From assembly GCF_009914755.1 (NCBI RefSeq), contig NC_060927.1: a stretch of DNA of 64,000 nucleotides, one strand, 5' to 3'. A program made the position numbers and the translations under genes. The first letter of the stretch is position 1, and the number at the start of each line of letters is the position of its first letter. The notes beneath the pieces were generated by a model. The model did no database searches, was not told the origin of the DNA, and saw only the letters and a program-made list of their open reading frames with translations. The stretch is from the human T2T-CHM13v2.0 reference genome, Homo sapiens. This document shows positions 24,001 to 37,404 of this stretch, in pieces.

Positions 24001-26768
24001 ATATAGATTCACCAGGCATTACAGATTTGTATGTATGCCCCTGTTCACCACAAACACGAAACATGAATTATAGTTTCTCTGGCGATTATTAGCCTAATAA
24101 TAATTGTAAAGGGCAACTATACAAAACACAATTTTCAATGTAATTTTTATAAAACTTATTTATTTCACAAATAAATAGATATAATCTTTCCCAGTGAATA
24201 AAATACTTTACATATGGTAGCATTTTACGTACAAAGGTGACTAAAAGAATTCAGAGTTTTAAACATTTATTTGAAAGAAAGAATGATAATTATTTTATAA
24301 AGTTTTTTTGGAAAATACTTTTTTCTTACACATGGTGATGATGTATTTGTAGATAAATTGTATTTATGCAATTCCATTCACATGATTTTGAGATATTTTC
24401 ATTGGATTGATTACTGGCTGAATTAGACATTTTTAAATTACTGAAATGTACCCTCTTAATAATATATCCTTATAATTATGTCAGAGAGGCTGATATAATG
24501 AAAAAAGGAGTCAAGTTATTTCTTTACCTGAATTATTCTGTTCTATAAACTGATATATGTAATACATTTCAGTAACTGTGGCGAAACCATTTAGACTGTC
24601 TATGGGACACACCATGCAGTTTAGATGTGAGCAGTTGCCTACATGTGGTACAGAAAGTCATATTTGAACTACAGTTTTAGTACCGCTACTTTAAGATAGA
24701 TTCTGAGCATGTAATTACTGCAGTCTTGGCATGTAATTACCCCGGAGTTACAGTTTATATTGACCTCCAGAAATAATGAGACTGTAATTTTAAAGTAAAA
24801 CATAGAACTTGAGTGTAAAATTGTATGTTGATTTTGAACTGCTTGCATTGTGAGTTTGTTCTCCTGAAGAATAACTTATTACTATGATAATTATCCCAGT
24901 TTCCTATGGATTCAGAATATGTAGAGTGTTATTAAAGCATCCTTTATGACTGAGTGGTTAGCTGGTTCCACAGATAGGTAAAAGAAGGAGTACTCCAGTG
25001 GGTTGAAAGAAGCTGCTGATTACAAAAGCTCCCTCCCTGTAAGCTTCATGGCCTGCACTTCTCAGAAAGATAGACTCAATGGAGCATGACTGCCTAGGGC
25101 ATCTGGGTCCCAGGAGGTTTTAGTTGTTTGTTTAGGTGTTGAGAAAAACACATTATGACCGTAATAATAATTATGTGTTTGGAATTGGATTTTTGCATCT
25201 GTAACACAAAGTTCCATCTTGCATAAAATGCAACCTCAGCACCATTTTATGCTTAATTTGCATATGAAGCAATATGGGACTATTCAAATATAGGCTTCAT
25301 TTGACTACGTACCACCAGTGTTAATTTAGTATAGTATTAAATGTCTCTGATGACCACTCTTCAAGCAATGTTTGGACTCTTTATTAAGGACAAATGTGTG
25401 TACACACTCTTAGATGATATTAAAACTAAGGTTAAAAGATTTTAAATTATTTTCAGTAGTGTGTCACTTTTAAATACTTTTGCATAACCTGAAGAGAGTA
25501 AAGTAGTTGAACATTATTTAGATAGTGATTTCATAGCAATTGGTTTTTTATTTTCTGAAATATAGCCCAGAGATATTTTATTTTTTGCTTATTATAAGAA
25601 ATCACATTTCAAAATACACAATTCAGTTTGAAAATCAGTAAGTTAGCTTTATTTATTCCCAGGTGTTTTCTGAAAATACGTTTTTTTTTTCTTAGCCTTT
25701 CTTAAGGCAAGAAGCAGTCATTCAATTTCCCTTATTCTTTTCTCTCTCCTTCATCTTTCTCCTTTCTTACCCCTTTTTCTGTTGTCATGGTTTTTTACTA
25801 AAGCATGTAGTTCTTCTTCTGTACAGAAACATTCCATGTAATCCTCAAATTAATAACTTCATCCAAATTATCTACAAAGTCATGGTTTGACAGTAATGTA
25901 CCCACAATATTTCTCTAGTGCAAATTCAGCCGTACCAGTAATGTGTTAAAAAGTCATCTTTTTCTAAAGAAGCTATAGATATAATTCATCTCTTCTTGAA
26001 TTCAATTTGTAAAAATTTGAGAGTTAACTTATCATATTTTAACTTGGAACATTTGCAAACCTTCTTATGTCATAGCTTCTCAGTATTAAAAAAAAAATAG
26101 GGCATATGGCAGAAAACCATACTCTGTAAAACACGACAGCTCAGGAGAAAAAAATAAAACAGCTTAAGAACAAATATTATGTCCATACACTAATAACAAC
26201 ATGGTGTATATTTGTACTGTATTTTTTATTTTCACCATTTAATTTGAAATTATTGGATGCTTTAAATATATAATTCTGAATGGTGGATAGATATTAAAAT
26301 AATATTTAGCTTCATAAGTATTGACCTTACACATTTAGATGTCCTCCAGACAAAGAATGAACATGAAGGTATCGTGCTAGGAAAAGAATTACCGTTGTCT
26401 TCTGTGTTTCATTAAAATAGCTTTCAGGCAGATAAACAACTGTTTCCGTACGTAAGATCCAAGAAATACCATTTTATGGATGCCAAGTTCAGCGTCTTAG
26501 TGAGTTCTGGAAACTTACATAATGGAAACAGTACACACCTGCCTCTGTGTCACTCTCTCCCTGATTAAAAGTGATATGGCTAAGGACATGAAGAACCATC
26601 TCCCTCTTTTATGAATCAAATAACGTATGCTTTATAAATGTTATGTATTTATTCTTTCCTCTAATAAGGCTACACATGGGTTTAAAGCATTGAGGCCTGC
26701 GTTAGGGAGATCAGCACTAGAGGTCAGAGACATTCAGAATCCTGCAGTTTAGCATTTAGCAATGTTAC

Positions 26769-27084
26769 TTTCTTTTTTCTTTTCTTTTTTTTCTTTTGAG
26801 ATGGAGTCTTGCTCTGTCTCCCAGGCTGGAGTTTAGTGGCACAATTTTGGCTTACTGCAACCTTGGCCTCCTGGGTTCAAGCAATTGTCCTGACTCAGCC
26901 TCCCAAGTAGCTGGGATCACAAGCATGCGCCACCATGCCCAGCTAATTTTTTTTTTGTATTTTTAGTAAAGACAGGGTTTCACCACGTTGGCCAGGCTGG
27001 TCTCGAACTCCTGACCTCAGGTGATCCGCCTGCCTCTTCCTCCCAGAGTGCTGGGATTACAGGTGTGAGCCACCGTACCTGGCC
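26769..27084 (-). mobile_element. AluSx-like
   Basis: T/C-rich tail, full dimer with cctgacctcaggtgatccgcc, ends ggcc at 27084. Confidence 0.94.
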
Positions 27085-27559
27085 AAGGGTATTACTTTTG
27101 AGTTTTCAATAAAGGCAGTGTTACAGATTTTGCTTCATTTGAATTCTATGCAATGTTTTTGTAGTTCCTGATATCAAAGATGTCTATCAGCTTTTAAAAT
27201 GTATATAGTTAAAGGATTCCTCTTGCCATCTAAACATGCATCAAGAATAAAGAATCTATACATGGATTTTACAAAAGTTATTTTATGTTACATAAATCAT
27301 TCAGAAATTTCTATTCATTCATGTAAGGCAGAGGCATAGCTGATTCTGATGGTAGTCCTGCTAATCATTCAACTGCTAACTTACAGAGAGTCCAATAACC
27401 CAATGTCATATGTTGTGTTGTTGTGTTGTAAACCATTCATTTCACAATGCTGTGTATTTTTAAACTCTTTAATCACAGAGGTCAACTATAATTGCTGGCA
27501 TCAATTTAGAGTCCTCCTGCTCTTTTCTTTCATAATGTTCCATTGTCGCATGCTACAGT

Positions 27560-27720
27560 ATTTATAATAATTTGAAATTATATCTGTATGTTCATGTGTT
27601 TGATGTCTGTTTTCTCAACCTGACTGACAATTCTATTTGTTTTGTTCACCAACTTACACCTAATATTTGGACATGGTCTGGGACACATACTAAGAGCTCA
27701 AGAAAAGTGCACTGAATACT
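27560..27720 (+). mobile_element. L2 3' end
   Basis: tgtctgttttctc...ttttgttcacc...ggacacatactaagagctcaagaaaagtgcactgaat. Confidence 0.55.
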
Positions 27721-28019
27721 CATGGTTTATAATCTTAGAACTGAATATCTTACTGTTACTTTTTTTTAAAAAAAATCTATATTTCAAACTTATTTCTAGC
27801 ATAGTCAAAAATGGTTTCTCTCAAAGGATGGATGTATAGCTAGGCAGACATACATACAGATAAAATTGATATATTCATATAAACATAGAGTTCTGTTCTT
27901 AAGTTGTAATTATGTTTGAATCAACTACATATTTCATCAACTTCCCACTGCATAGAAACAGTCTGATTAGAGGAGCCATTCTAATACAGAAACATACACA
28001 GATGTGTAGAGATGCTACA

Positions 28020-28170
28020 TGAATGTTGATACTCTGGTTGTGATATTGTGCTATAGGTTTGCAAGATGTAACCATTGGTGGAAACTAGGTAAAGGGTGCA
28101 ATTTATCTTTGTATTGTTTCTTGTAGCTGGGTACGAATCTACAATTATCTCAAAATAAAAAATAAAAAAG
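28020..28170 (+). mobile_element. L1MC/L1MD-like 3' terminus
   Basis: ctggttgtgatattgtgctataggtttgcaagatgtaaccattgg...gaatctacaattatctcaaaataaaa. Confidence 0.75.
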
Positions 28171-28320
28171 TGGTATGTGGCATTTGTGTAAAAATTGAAC
28201 CAGACGTAGAAAATGAGGTGTAAAACAACTCTTTTTATTATTACTTTAGCATTAGTGACATTCCATATTTATCATTTGCACATTTAAATAGTAGGGCCAG
28301 GCTGGTATAAAGCCTTTTTA

Positions 28321-29483
28321 CCGTCCGGGAGGGAGGTGGGGGGGTCAGCCCCCCGCCTGGCCAGCCGTGCTGTCCGGGAGGGAGGTGGGGGGGTCAGCCC
28401 CCCGCCCGGCCAGCCGTGCTGTCCGGGAGGGAGGTGGGGGGGTCAGACCCCCGCCCGGCCAGCCGCCCCGTCCGGGAGGTGAGGGGCGCCTCTGCCCGGC
28501 TGCCCCTACTGGGAAGTGAGGAGCCCCTCTGCCCGGCCAGCCGCCCCGTCCGGGAGGGAGGTGGGGGGGTCAGCCCCCCGCCTGGCCAGCCGTGCTGTCT
28601 GGGAGGGAGATGGGGGGGTCAGCCCCCCGCCCGGCCAGCCGTGCTGTCCGGGAGGGAGGTGGGGGGATCAGCCCTCCGCCCGGCCAGCCGCCCCGTCTGG
28701 GAGGTGAGGGGCGCCTCTGCCCGGCCGCCCCTACTGGGAAGTGAGGAGCCCCTCTGCCCGGCCAGCCGCCCCGTCCGGGAGGGAGGTGGGGGGGTCAGCC
28801 CCCCGCCCGGCCAGCCACCCCGTCCGGGAGGGAAGTGGGGGGGTCAGCCCCCCAACCCGGCCAGCTGCCCCGTCTGGGAGGTGAGGGGCGCCTCTGCCCG
28901 GCGGCCCTTACTGGGAGGTGAGGAGCCCCTCTGCCCGGCCACCACCCCGTCTGGGAGGTGTGCCCAACGGCTCATTGAGAACGGGCCAGGATGACAATGG
29001 CGGTTTTGTGGAATGGAAAGGGGGGAAGGGTGGGGAAAAGATTGAGAAATCGGATGGTTGCCGTGTCTGTGTGGAAAGAAGTAGACATGGGAGACTTTTC
29101 ATTTTGTTCTGCACTAAGAAAAATTCTTCTGCCTTGGGATCCTGTTGATCTGTGACCTTACCCCCAACCCTGTGCTCTCTGAAACATGTGCTGTGTCCAC
29201 TCAGGGTTAAATGGATTAAGGGCGGTGCAAGATGTGCTTTGTTAAACAGATGCTTGAAAGCAGCATGCTCGTTAAGAGTCATCACCAATCCCTAATCTCA
29301 AGTAATCAGGGACACAAACACTGCGGAAGGCCGCAGGGTCCTCTGCCTAGGAAAACCAGAGACCTTTGTTCACTTGTTTATCTGCTGACCTTCCCTCCAC
29401 TATTGTCCCATGACCCTGCCAAATCCCCCTCTGTGAGAAACACCCAAGAATTATCAATAAAAAAATAAATTAAAAAAAAAAAA
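28321..29483 (+). mobile_element. 5'-truncated SVA retrotransposon, SVA_F-like (VNTR + SINE-R + poly-A)
   Basis: GC-rich VNTR 28321 to about 28946, then SINE-R with F-type bases as recalled (gggccaggatgac, ctgcactaag, caccaatccc, aagtaatcaggg, gtcccatgac, ctgtgagaaac, gaattatcaataaa). AATAAA at 29456-29461, A tail to 29483. Hexamer and Alu-like domains are absent. Confidence 0.97.
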
Positions 29484-29539
29484 TCAGTGATAATTTGTTG
29501 ATATATTCATTAGTTGTCCACATTCCCTAACTCCTATAT

Positions 29540-29745
29540 TTTTGTAAACTTTTAATTGAAGTATAACATATATACAGAAAAGTAACAAGAAGGCTTAAGT
29601 ATCCAGCTTGATGAATTTTTGCAAACTGAACACATCTGTATCACCAGCACCCGGATTGTGAAATAGACCATGAAAAGCACCACAGAAGCCCTCTCATGCC
29701 GCATCTCAATCTTTACCAAGAGAACCTATCTTCTGACTCCATAGA
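29540..29745 (-). mobile_element. L1ME-like 3' end
   Basis: acttttaattgaagtataacatatatacagaaaagt...cagcttgatgaatttttgcaaactgaacacatctgta. Confidence 0.75.
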
Positions 29746-29961
29746 GCTGTCTTCTTTTATCCCCAACTTTTCTATTTTTAAAAATTTCAGTATATAGAAA
29801 TTTCAAAGAGTAAAGAGTAGCAAGCATTACCCATCACCTAGATGCAATATTTGTTACTATTTTGCTGAAGTCTATCTCTCTCTGTATGTACAACACGTAC
29901 CATTTGAGTGTGTTATTTGCAGATGGTGATACTTTACCCATAAGTACTCCAGCATGTATCT

Positions 29962-30195
29962 CCAGCCGGATCAACATGGCAAAACCCACTCTCTACTAAG
30001 AATACAAAAATTAGCCAGATGTGGTGGCATGTGCCCGTAGTCCCAGCTGCTTGCGTGGCTGAGGCATAAGAATAGCTTGAACCCAGGAGGCGGAGGTTGT
30101 AGTAAGCCAAGATCCTGCCACTGCACTCCAGCTTGGGCAACAGGGAGAAACTCTGTCTCAAAATTTAAAAAAAAGAAAAAAAAGAAAAAAGAAAG
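29962..30195 (+). mobile_element. 5'-truncated Alu (S/J)
   Basis: Starts mid left arm (ccagccggatcaacatggcaaaaccc), complete right arm, A/G tail. No TSD seen. Confidence 0.92.
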
Positions 30196-30404
30196 AAACA
30201 TTCTTCTACATAATCACAATATTTTCACACTCAGGAAATTTAATATTGATATAATCTTATTATTTATAAAAATTCCATAACCAGATATCCCCAATTGATT
30301 CAATTGCATCTATCATAATGTTTTTGACACAAGATTTAATTCGGGATTATGCATTGCCTTTGGCCCAATATCTGTTTTTCCTTTTCTCTTGTTCTATCTC
30401 TTAG

Positions 30405-30760
<356 letters not shown>

Positions 30761-30954
30761 GACACAGAGGTTTTTAAGCAGTCCAGGCCAATTGTTTCAT
30801 AGATAGATGCCTCATACATATTTATGTCTCATAGAAAAAGTTACAAATGTCAACTCATTGCTATTTATGATGTTTCTTTATTCTTTCTTGCACTTACATG
30901 GTTCAGCATCTGGCCCGTAGGAGGTACCAAATGGTGATAAGTTCATTATACTAT

Positions 30955-31070
30955 CAGTTTAAAATCTTGTCTACCAGCTCTGTGACAAACTGTACAAATT
31001 TGAGTAAGCCTGTTAGCCCCTTTAGACCTAAATATCTCATCTTTGAGTAAATTGACTGGATTATCTTCCA
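30955..31070 (+). mobile_element. MIR fragment
   Basis: ccagctctgtgacaaactgt...ttgagtaagcctgttagcccctttagaccta...tctcatct. Confidence 0.5.
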
Positions 31071-34000
31071 TTGATAAAATTGTGTTATTTATTTAAACAT
31101 TGTATTTGGCCATGTTACCATATTTGAAGTTAGTATTACTACCATGGAATGGAAAATTATATAAATATTTCATCATCTAGTATTCTGAATAGAGTATCAA
31201 CTAATTGTACAATCTTATGAATGGTTACCAAAGAATTTCAGAACATTCTGTGTAGAAAATATAGTATAAAAAGTCTTTGCAATTGCTCTAATTTAGACTT
31301 CCAAGTTGTTAAAACATCTTTTGAAGACCTAGGTGGCCTCACTGCTAGGTATACTCTCTTTATTCACTTTATCTGTTGCATCCTTTATAGCCTACTTGGG
31401 AACTTTTTTTCCTTGAGCTCCCAGCATAAGAGAGGCTACTGGGGTGGCAGTTAAACCCATATGTATAATTTTGCCCTGTATTTCATTTCATAAATATATA
31501 AGTCTTTTTCTGTATTCTTCAAGACACTGAATTTTCTGCATGATATTTAGGCCTTAACAAGTTATGGTAGTTTAGAAAAAGATATTTAAAAAACATTGTA
31601 TCTTGTTGTGTACATTAGTACTGTTACAAAGGTTAATACATATTTTTTTAATATGCTGAATTAGCCCTTGGGTCTTCTCACTTAACAATTTTGACAAGGT
31701 TTTATGGAAGTTACCCTGACACTTCCATTAGTTATTGGACAACTGGACCTTCTTTTCTAATTGTCTTCCAAAAAAGGGGACATGATGTTTCTCTGCCGCA
31801 TTAACTTTGTTGTTTCCTGTAAAACTTAGCAGGCAAAAATCTGAGCTTGTAAATGAGAGACTTGTCTTCGTCTTGATCAGAGACATGAAATTTGCAATTT
31901 AAATGAGAAAAAATAATGAACTTAATGCATACCTTGAAAGAAGTGTTGTAATGTGCCAATTTGGTTCTCATAAAGTTGATTCTACACATCCCTATGAAGG
32001 TATTGATTGTGTCCATGTAGTAAAGCTGAGGGTGCCGTGAACTCCTCAGTGACTTGGCATTTCATCGTTACAGACAATCAGCCTTCCAAGCACTTGGCTT
32101 AACATACCTCCAGCCCCTAAATACATGACGAAGTCAGTGGCAGAATGGCTGTGCAAGTAGTCTGGCTCTTAACCTTAATGCTAGCCTTGGTCTTATGAAA
32201 TCTTGTTATTAAGAAAACCTCATGGCTATATACAGTTAAAAATGAATGTCACTGTGAAATCTCTACTTTTAAGGAGTTATCTGGCCTCCATTGGTAGTAT
32301 TTGCCTACTCATATTTGTGAAGTTATTCTTTGAAAACTAGCAGGAAGAATAGGAAATAAGAAGTCTGATTTGAAATCTTGGTCTTCCTTTTCTTATTTCC
32401 TTTACCCCAGAGACCCAGAAAATGGAGCTAGCTACATTTCTCACACTTACTGTCATAGTTACATGTTTATATTCTATTAGTTGTAATTATTTTTCACCTA
32501 TCCTCTCATTAGAATGTTATACCTATAGAGCAGATACCATTCCAGTTTTAATTTTTTGCCCCGACTCCTAGTAAGTACGTGACCTATTACAGGGAACTTA
32601 AAACAAACAAAAAGTCTGCTGAGTCTGGGATGTTTTAAGGATCGAAGGAACATGTTGGTCCAATTTGCCTTCACAGAGGGTTACCTCTGCTTTCTACCGA
32701 ATGTGAATTGCTCCCATGTGATTTTGAAGAATTCCAGTCTACCTCAGGGAAGGACCACATGTAATGCCAGAGTCTGCAAACTTGGCAGCTTTTACCCTCT
32801 CTCATCTGTGGGATTGTTTTGTCCTGGGTTTAGATAGCTAAGTGTCTGTAAAAAGATTCTTTTTGTCATTAAGGAGCAACAGGAAATGGAGAGCAGCAGT
32901 GACTCCATTTCCAGTGTCTAAAGAAGAAGACTTAAGCACAAAGTAAGGACTTTCCCTCTCCACTTGTTTAATATAATGCTCTGATTGCATCCACACGTAT
33001 GCAAATGGAAACATTCAGATTCCAGCTCCTAAGGACATGTGAATAAATGAAATATGTGTCCGTGTTCTTATTTGCTGAGTGAATTTATGAACAAGTCAAT
33101 AGGCTGTTACAGATAAAGTGATTATTTAACATTGTGTTAAAAACTTCACTTGGAAACTTGGATTATTTCTTAATATTTATAATTGGCTATCTTAGCCAAT
33201 TATCTTAGATACCTATGATTAAAATAGCCCTGTTTGAATTTTTGTCTTCAAATTTGTCAAGTTTTAGTAAGCATGTGTCATTATCTACCAGACCACCTCT
33301 AAATTAAAATAAAAAGAGATAATCAGAATACTGACTTGCCAAGTTGTTTGTGAATCACACTTACCAGGTACCAGATTTGTAGTTAAACTCCTCCCAGAAT
33401 TTTTCCATTAGTGTTATAGAAATTTCACATGCTAAATACAATGCAAGTATATACTGTTAAAATTTTCAGAATATCGTTTCTGAAAATTACTTTGCTCCCT
33501 GCAAATCCACCCTACTCACCTGTATCATTTGAGTGAAAACTTTTCTGTGTAACTGTGACTGAGCAGTTAAACCAGAAACCTGCTTTAGGTAAGGACTGCC
33601 TTGATGTTTGCAATTTTTCCCACTTTTTTCTTTTCCTTTCTTTTTTTATTTTTTCATTTTAAAGATAAAGGTCACTCTAAGAAGGTAGTTCCTGAGTTAA
33701 AAGTGTTCCATAGGGTTGGGGATTACAATAGAAACAGACACCGTTCCCCACCAAGGGGGCAGGAGTTGAGCATGAGCCTCCCCACTGTGGTCGTCCTGGG
33801 GTCTCTGGGGGGTGGGATGGCATCTGACAGTGATGGGCTTTTCTTGATGGCTTCCTTTCTTTGTACCTAACTCTGGTCCATAAATAGAGCATCACATCAT
33901 GCTCCCAGACTGACACCGGGGAAGCTTCATAAATCAGCAAGTGAGTGTTCCGGCATGATCCTTTGGCCACTGCCTTCCCTCCAGAGCTGACACCTGTCAC

Positions 34001-36304
34001 CTTTTAAAGAGTGTACATTCTCTGTCACTGTAGCTGATTCCTGTCTTTTCTTTATTCATTCTCATATGCTGCCTAGGTGGTATTATCTGGGTGGCTGCCC
34101 ATATATTATTTAAATCATTACCAGTATGGCCTAGGTAGGTTTTTAATTATGCCTAAAAACTTGATAGTTCCAGATAGTTATTGGGTATACAACTAAGAAT
34201 ATAATACAAAATGCATTTTATTTTTAAAAGAACATACATATGTGTTTAACAGATCTAATTATATATATATTTATAATCAACAATAGAATATTGCATTTAG
34301 GTGGCTTATAAATAATACCTTAAAGCACTTAAAATGATAAGAATTCTTAAGAATCTGTAAGAATCTGAGAGTTAAGGAAAGTGCTTTGAATATCCTTAGA
34401 CTGTTACCTTTTCCAATAAGTCAGTAAGCATTGGTGATTTGTTAATATTATAAAATACGTATCTTCTCTGTGGCACACGTCACTTTATTGGAGAAACATA
34501 TGTGACTCAACTCAACTGTTATCTGGTCCTATTTTGCCCTAATTATGGTTTCTATTTAAATGGCATTATAGAATCGCTTAGCTTTTAAAGAGGGGCAGTG
34601 GAAAAGATCTGTAAAACTTCAGCAAGTCTATAATCTACATGAGCAGAAATTTACCTCTCTTAAATGTCTACATATTAATGACATTAAAAATAAAATAATC
34701 GACCCATGTTGGGGATTTCTGTGCTTTCCCCAAATGAATGTTTAAAATTTTATTTTGAATTCTATTAAAGTGAATAATGACCACAAGGTGTTTGTAATTG
34801 GGGAGATAGTAAGTGCAAAATACAAGCAGAGGGTGCTTAAAAAGAACAAAAAAAGTCTGTTTCTTATTGATTGGCCTGTGGTGGGATAAATGTGTGGCTT
34901 CTGCCCTTAATGGAAGCTGATTGTTCAGGGATGTGCCGGTGAGACTGGTCGATTCTTGAGCTGTTGTTTACTGGGAAGGACAATATGAATTTTCTAGAGG
35001 GATGATTGGTGGGATGTCAAGGCTGTCACCCTTTTCTCCTCGTCACTGACAGACAGCCCGGTGACAATTACCAGTGATGGGACATTGCCTGCACTGGCAT
35101 ATACACTAGAGGATATAACTGGCAAACAACAAGAGAGGAAAGCACTCCTGGAAAAAAGATATAATCAGCAGTTGTCAGGACTGGTTACATATCTGATGTC
35201 TGCATAACAGGGCCAAGGCACATTAGCTTTACCACTGGGGTAACATGCAGCCTGCTTCGTCCTGCTTAGAAAACTGATCTTAGAAATTTTGGGAAGTTTA
35301 GAGGATAACAAGAATTGTTGGCATTCTTTCTACTTGACAGTTAATATAAGAAAAAAAGTATTTTACTTATTTTTTCTAATTAAAATAAACTTTGGGAAAT
35401 TCAAATGGACTGGAAAGTAGATATTTGTATTCTTTACAGAAATAGTTATATTTGTGGTATGTTTCCTCATGAGTTAACTTTTATGACTTTTCTTGCCAGG
35501 CTTCTGTTATTGGCAAAAGTCCAAATGGACACTAATAAGTTGTGTTGTACAGGTATCAGAATGAGAGACTCAATTCCATAATTTTGCCAGAGAAGCATCA
35601 TTTAAATGGTGGAGTATGTTCTATGCTAGGTAGGTAGTACACAGACATATCCACCAGATTTTCTATAAAGATTCTTCTGTCAGTCTCATGCTGTCTATTT
35701 CCTTCCGTTCCATTGCTTCGGAATTTCAAATAAGTTTAAAGAAAAAGATCAGCATTTCCAAAGCCTACCTTAATGTGTAGAGAAACTAATACCTAAATTA
35801 GACCACCTGGAATAAAAGAGCCGTCAAGTAGCTGTATTTATTTCTCAGCAAGAGACTATTCTTTGTGTTAATTTACAAATGTAACTTATTTAATTAATCA
35901 TGTTTAGGCTAATCACCTCTTAGAGTCAATGTATTCTGCTGGAAGTTTACTGTTTGGAAAAATTCACAATAAGTATAGTTTTATACAGTCAAATTTACAT
36001 ATTTTTGTTCTGTAGGAATTAGTCATCTCTTTCCACCCAGGGTTTTCTTAACATCAAAATGAAAATGTCTCCGCATGCTCAGGTAAGAAGATTTTTGTCA
36101 GTTTCCCACCAAAATATGGACTGGGAACACCTTGTAAGCTTCTACTCAAATGCCTAATGAGGATTACTTTTTTCATAATTGGTCACTGTAGAGATGAAAA
36201 TAATTGGCTACCTAATGTTGGTTATCTCCTATCTGTGTGGCATCCATGACTTACATCAGATGTATTTCTTTTTTTGTGAGAATTATTTTCTTAAATGTCT
36301 TTTC

Positions 36305-36620
36305 TGATTTTTTTTTAAAAATGTGTTAATTACAGAATTTGGCAAACATTATAAAGTGCAAATAACGGTATGAAAATCATGCATTATTCTACCATTCAGA
36401 GGAGTGCATTGTTAACATTTTAGTATTTTTTCCATTTGGCTTTTGTTTGAAGATTTTAACTGTTTACATTTGTGTATGTTCTGTTGAGTGTTTTCAGTGA
36501 TGCCATTTTTCATCTTGAATCAATATATAGACAAGTAGTGTGATTTTGGTAGTGTCCTTTTATTTTAAATAAGTAGGTTTTAATACTGCTGAGTGATTAC
36601 ATATGGAGGTTATTTCTGGT
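36305..36620 (-). mobile_element. Old L1ME 3' fragment
   Basis: aaaatcatgcattattctaccattcagag...cattgttaacattttagtat. Confidence 0.45.
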
Positions 36621-37404
36621 TGGGCTTATAAGATTCCATATAAAAGTTATAATTAATTTCCTTCCTTAAACCAAGGGCTAATTGATTTTCCATTGCACTC
36701 ATTAAAAATAGATACTTAGCTTTTCAGAAGATTGTCTCAGAAACCCAAGGCAGGGCCCAGGCCCTCTGGGATGCCATCAACTGACCATTCCATCAGTCCT
36801 AGAATTGTGACCCTCCTACTTGTCAGAACTGAAGTATTTATCCCATTTCCCAGCAGATAAACATTTGCAAGGCAAATAATAAATTAGCCATTAATCAGAA
36901 GAATGTTTGCATTCGATGAACTCTGAATGGAGTGGAGATGTCAGGTAGATAGACAAGGTAAATCAACATGGCAGAATCAATCACAAGGAAGAGCCAGCCA
37001 TAATTTAGAAAGCATTGACCCAAATATTTAACGACTTTGGAAGGTAAGAACATTTTGTAAAGGAAGAAAGCTATTTAGAAAAAGGTGTGGGTAGATTTTA
37101 ATAATAGATAGCAATTAAGTTTTAAACATTTAAGGCTTCAGCCTAATGATAGACATTTGGAAGTTTGATTTGAAAAAAGAGACACTGTCAAATATTTATT
37201 TTTAAAGGCCCGTGTGTTCAAATAATTTTTTCTTTCCCAGGAGTGCTCTCATGAAATGTACCCACATTATAATTTTTTTTCAAAAAAACAATTTAGCAAG
37301 TATATTGTTTTAAAAGCAAGAAGTGACCTTGTTATGTTGGTGTTCTTTGATTCCTAATTGTGTTTGCCCCTTCATGTGTATGATGCAAAGACTTTCAGAT
37401 TGAG

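Noticed and set aside
24670-24830. Possible ancient palindromic element (short inverted matches; gcatgtaattac twice)
   Set aside because: The arms align only in 8-10-bp AT-rich patches with large gaps, which is compatible with chance.
26519-26560. Minus-strand 42-nt exon candidate (ttttaatcag|...|gtaagt)
   Set aside because: Weak pyrimidine tract, poor exonic donor bases, unrecognised peptide and no partner exons.
28321-28946. CpG-island promoter or CRISPR-like array
   Set aside because: The tract is SVA VNTR: tandem units with no unique spacers, in a eukaryotic context.
28416-29468. Longest ORF (192 aa) and overlapping ORFs
   Set aside because: They result from the stop-poor GC-rich SVA VNTR and SINE-R; SVA is non-coding.
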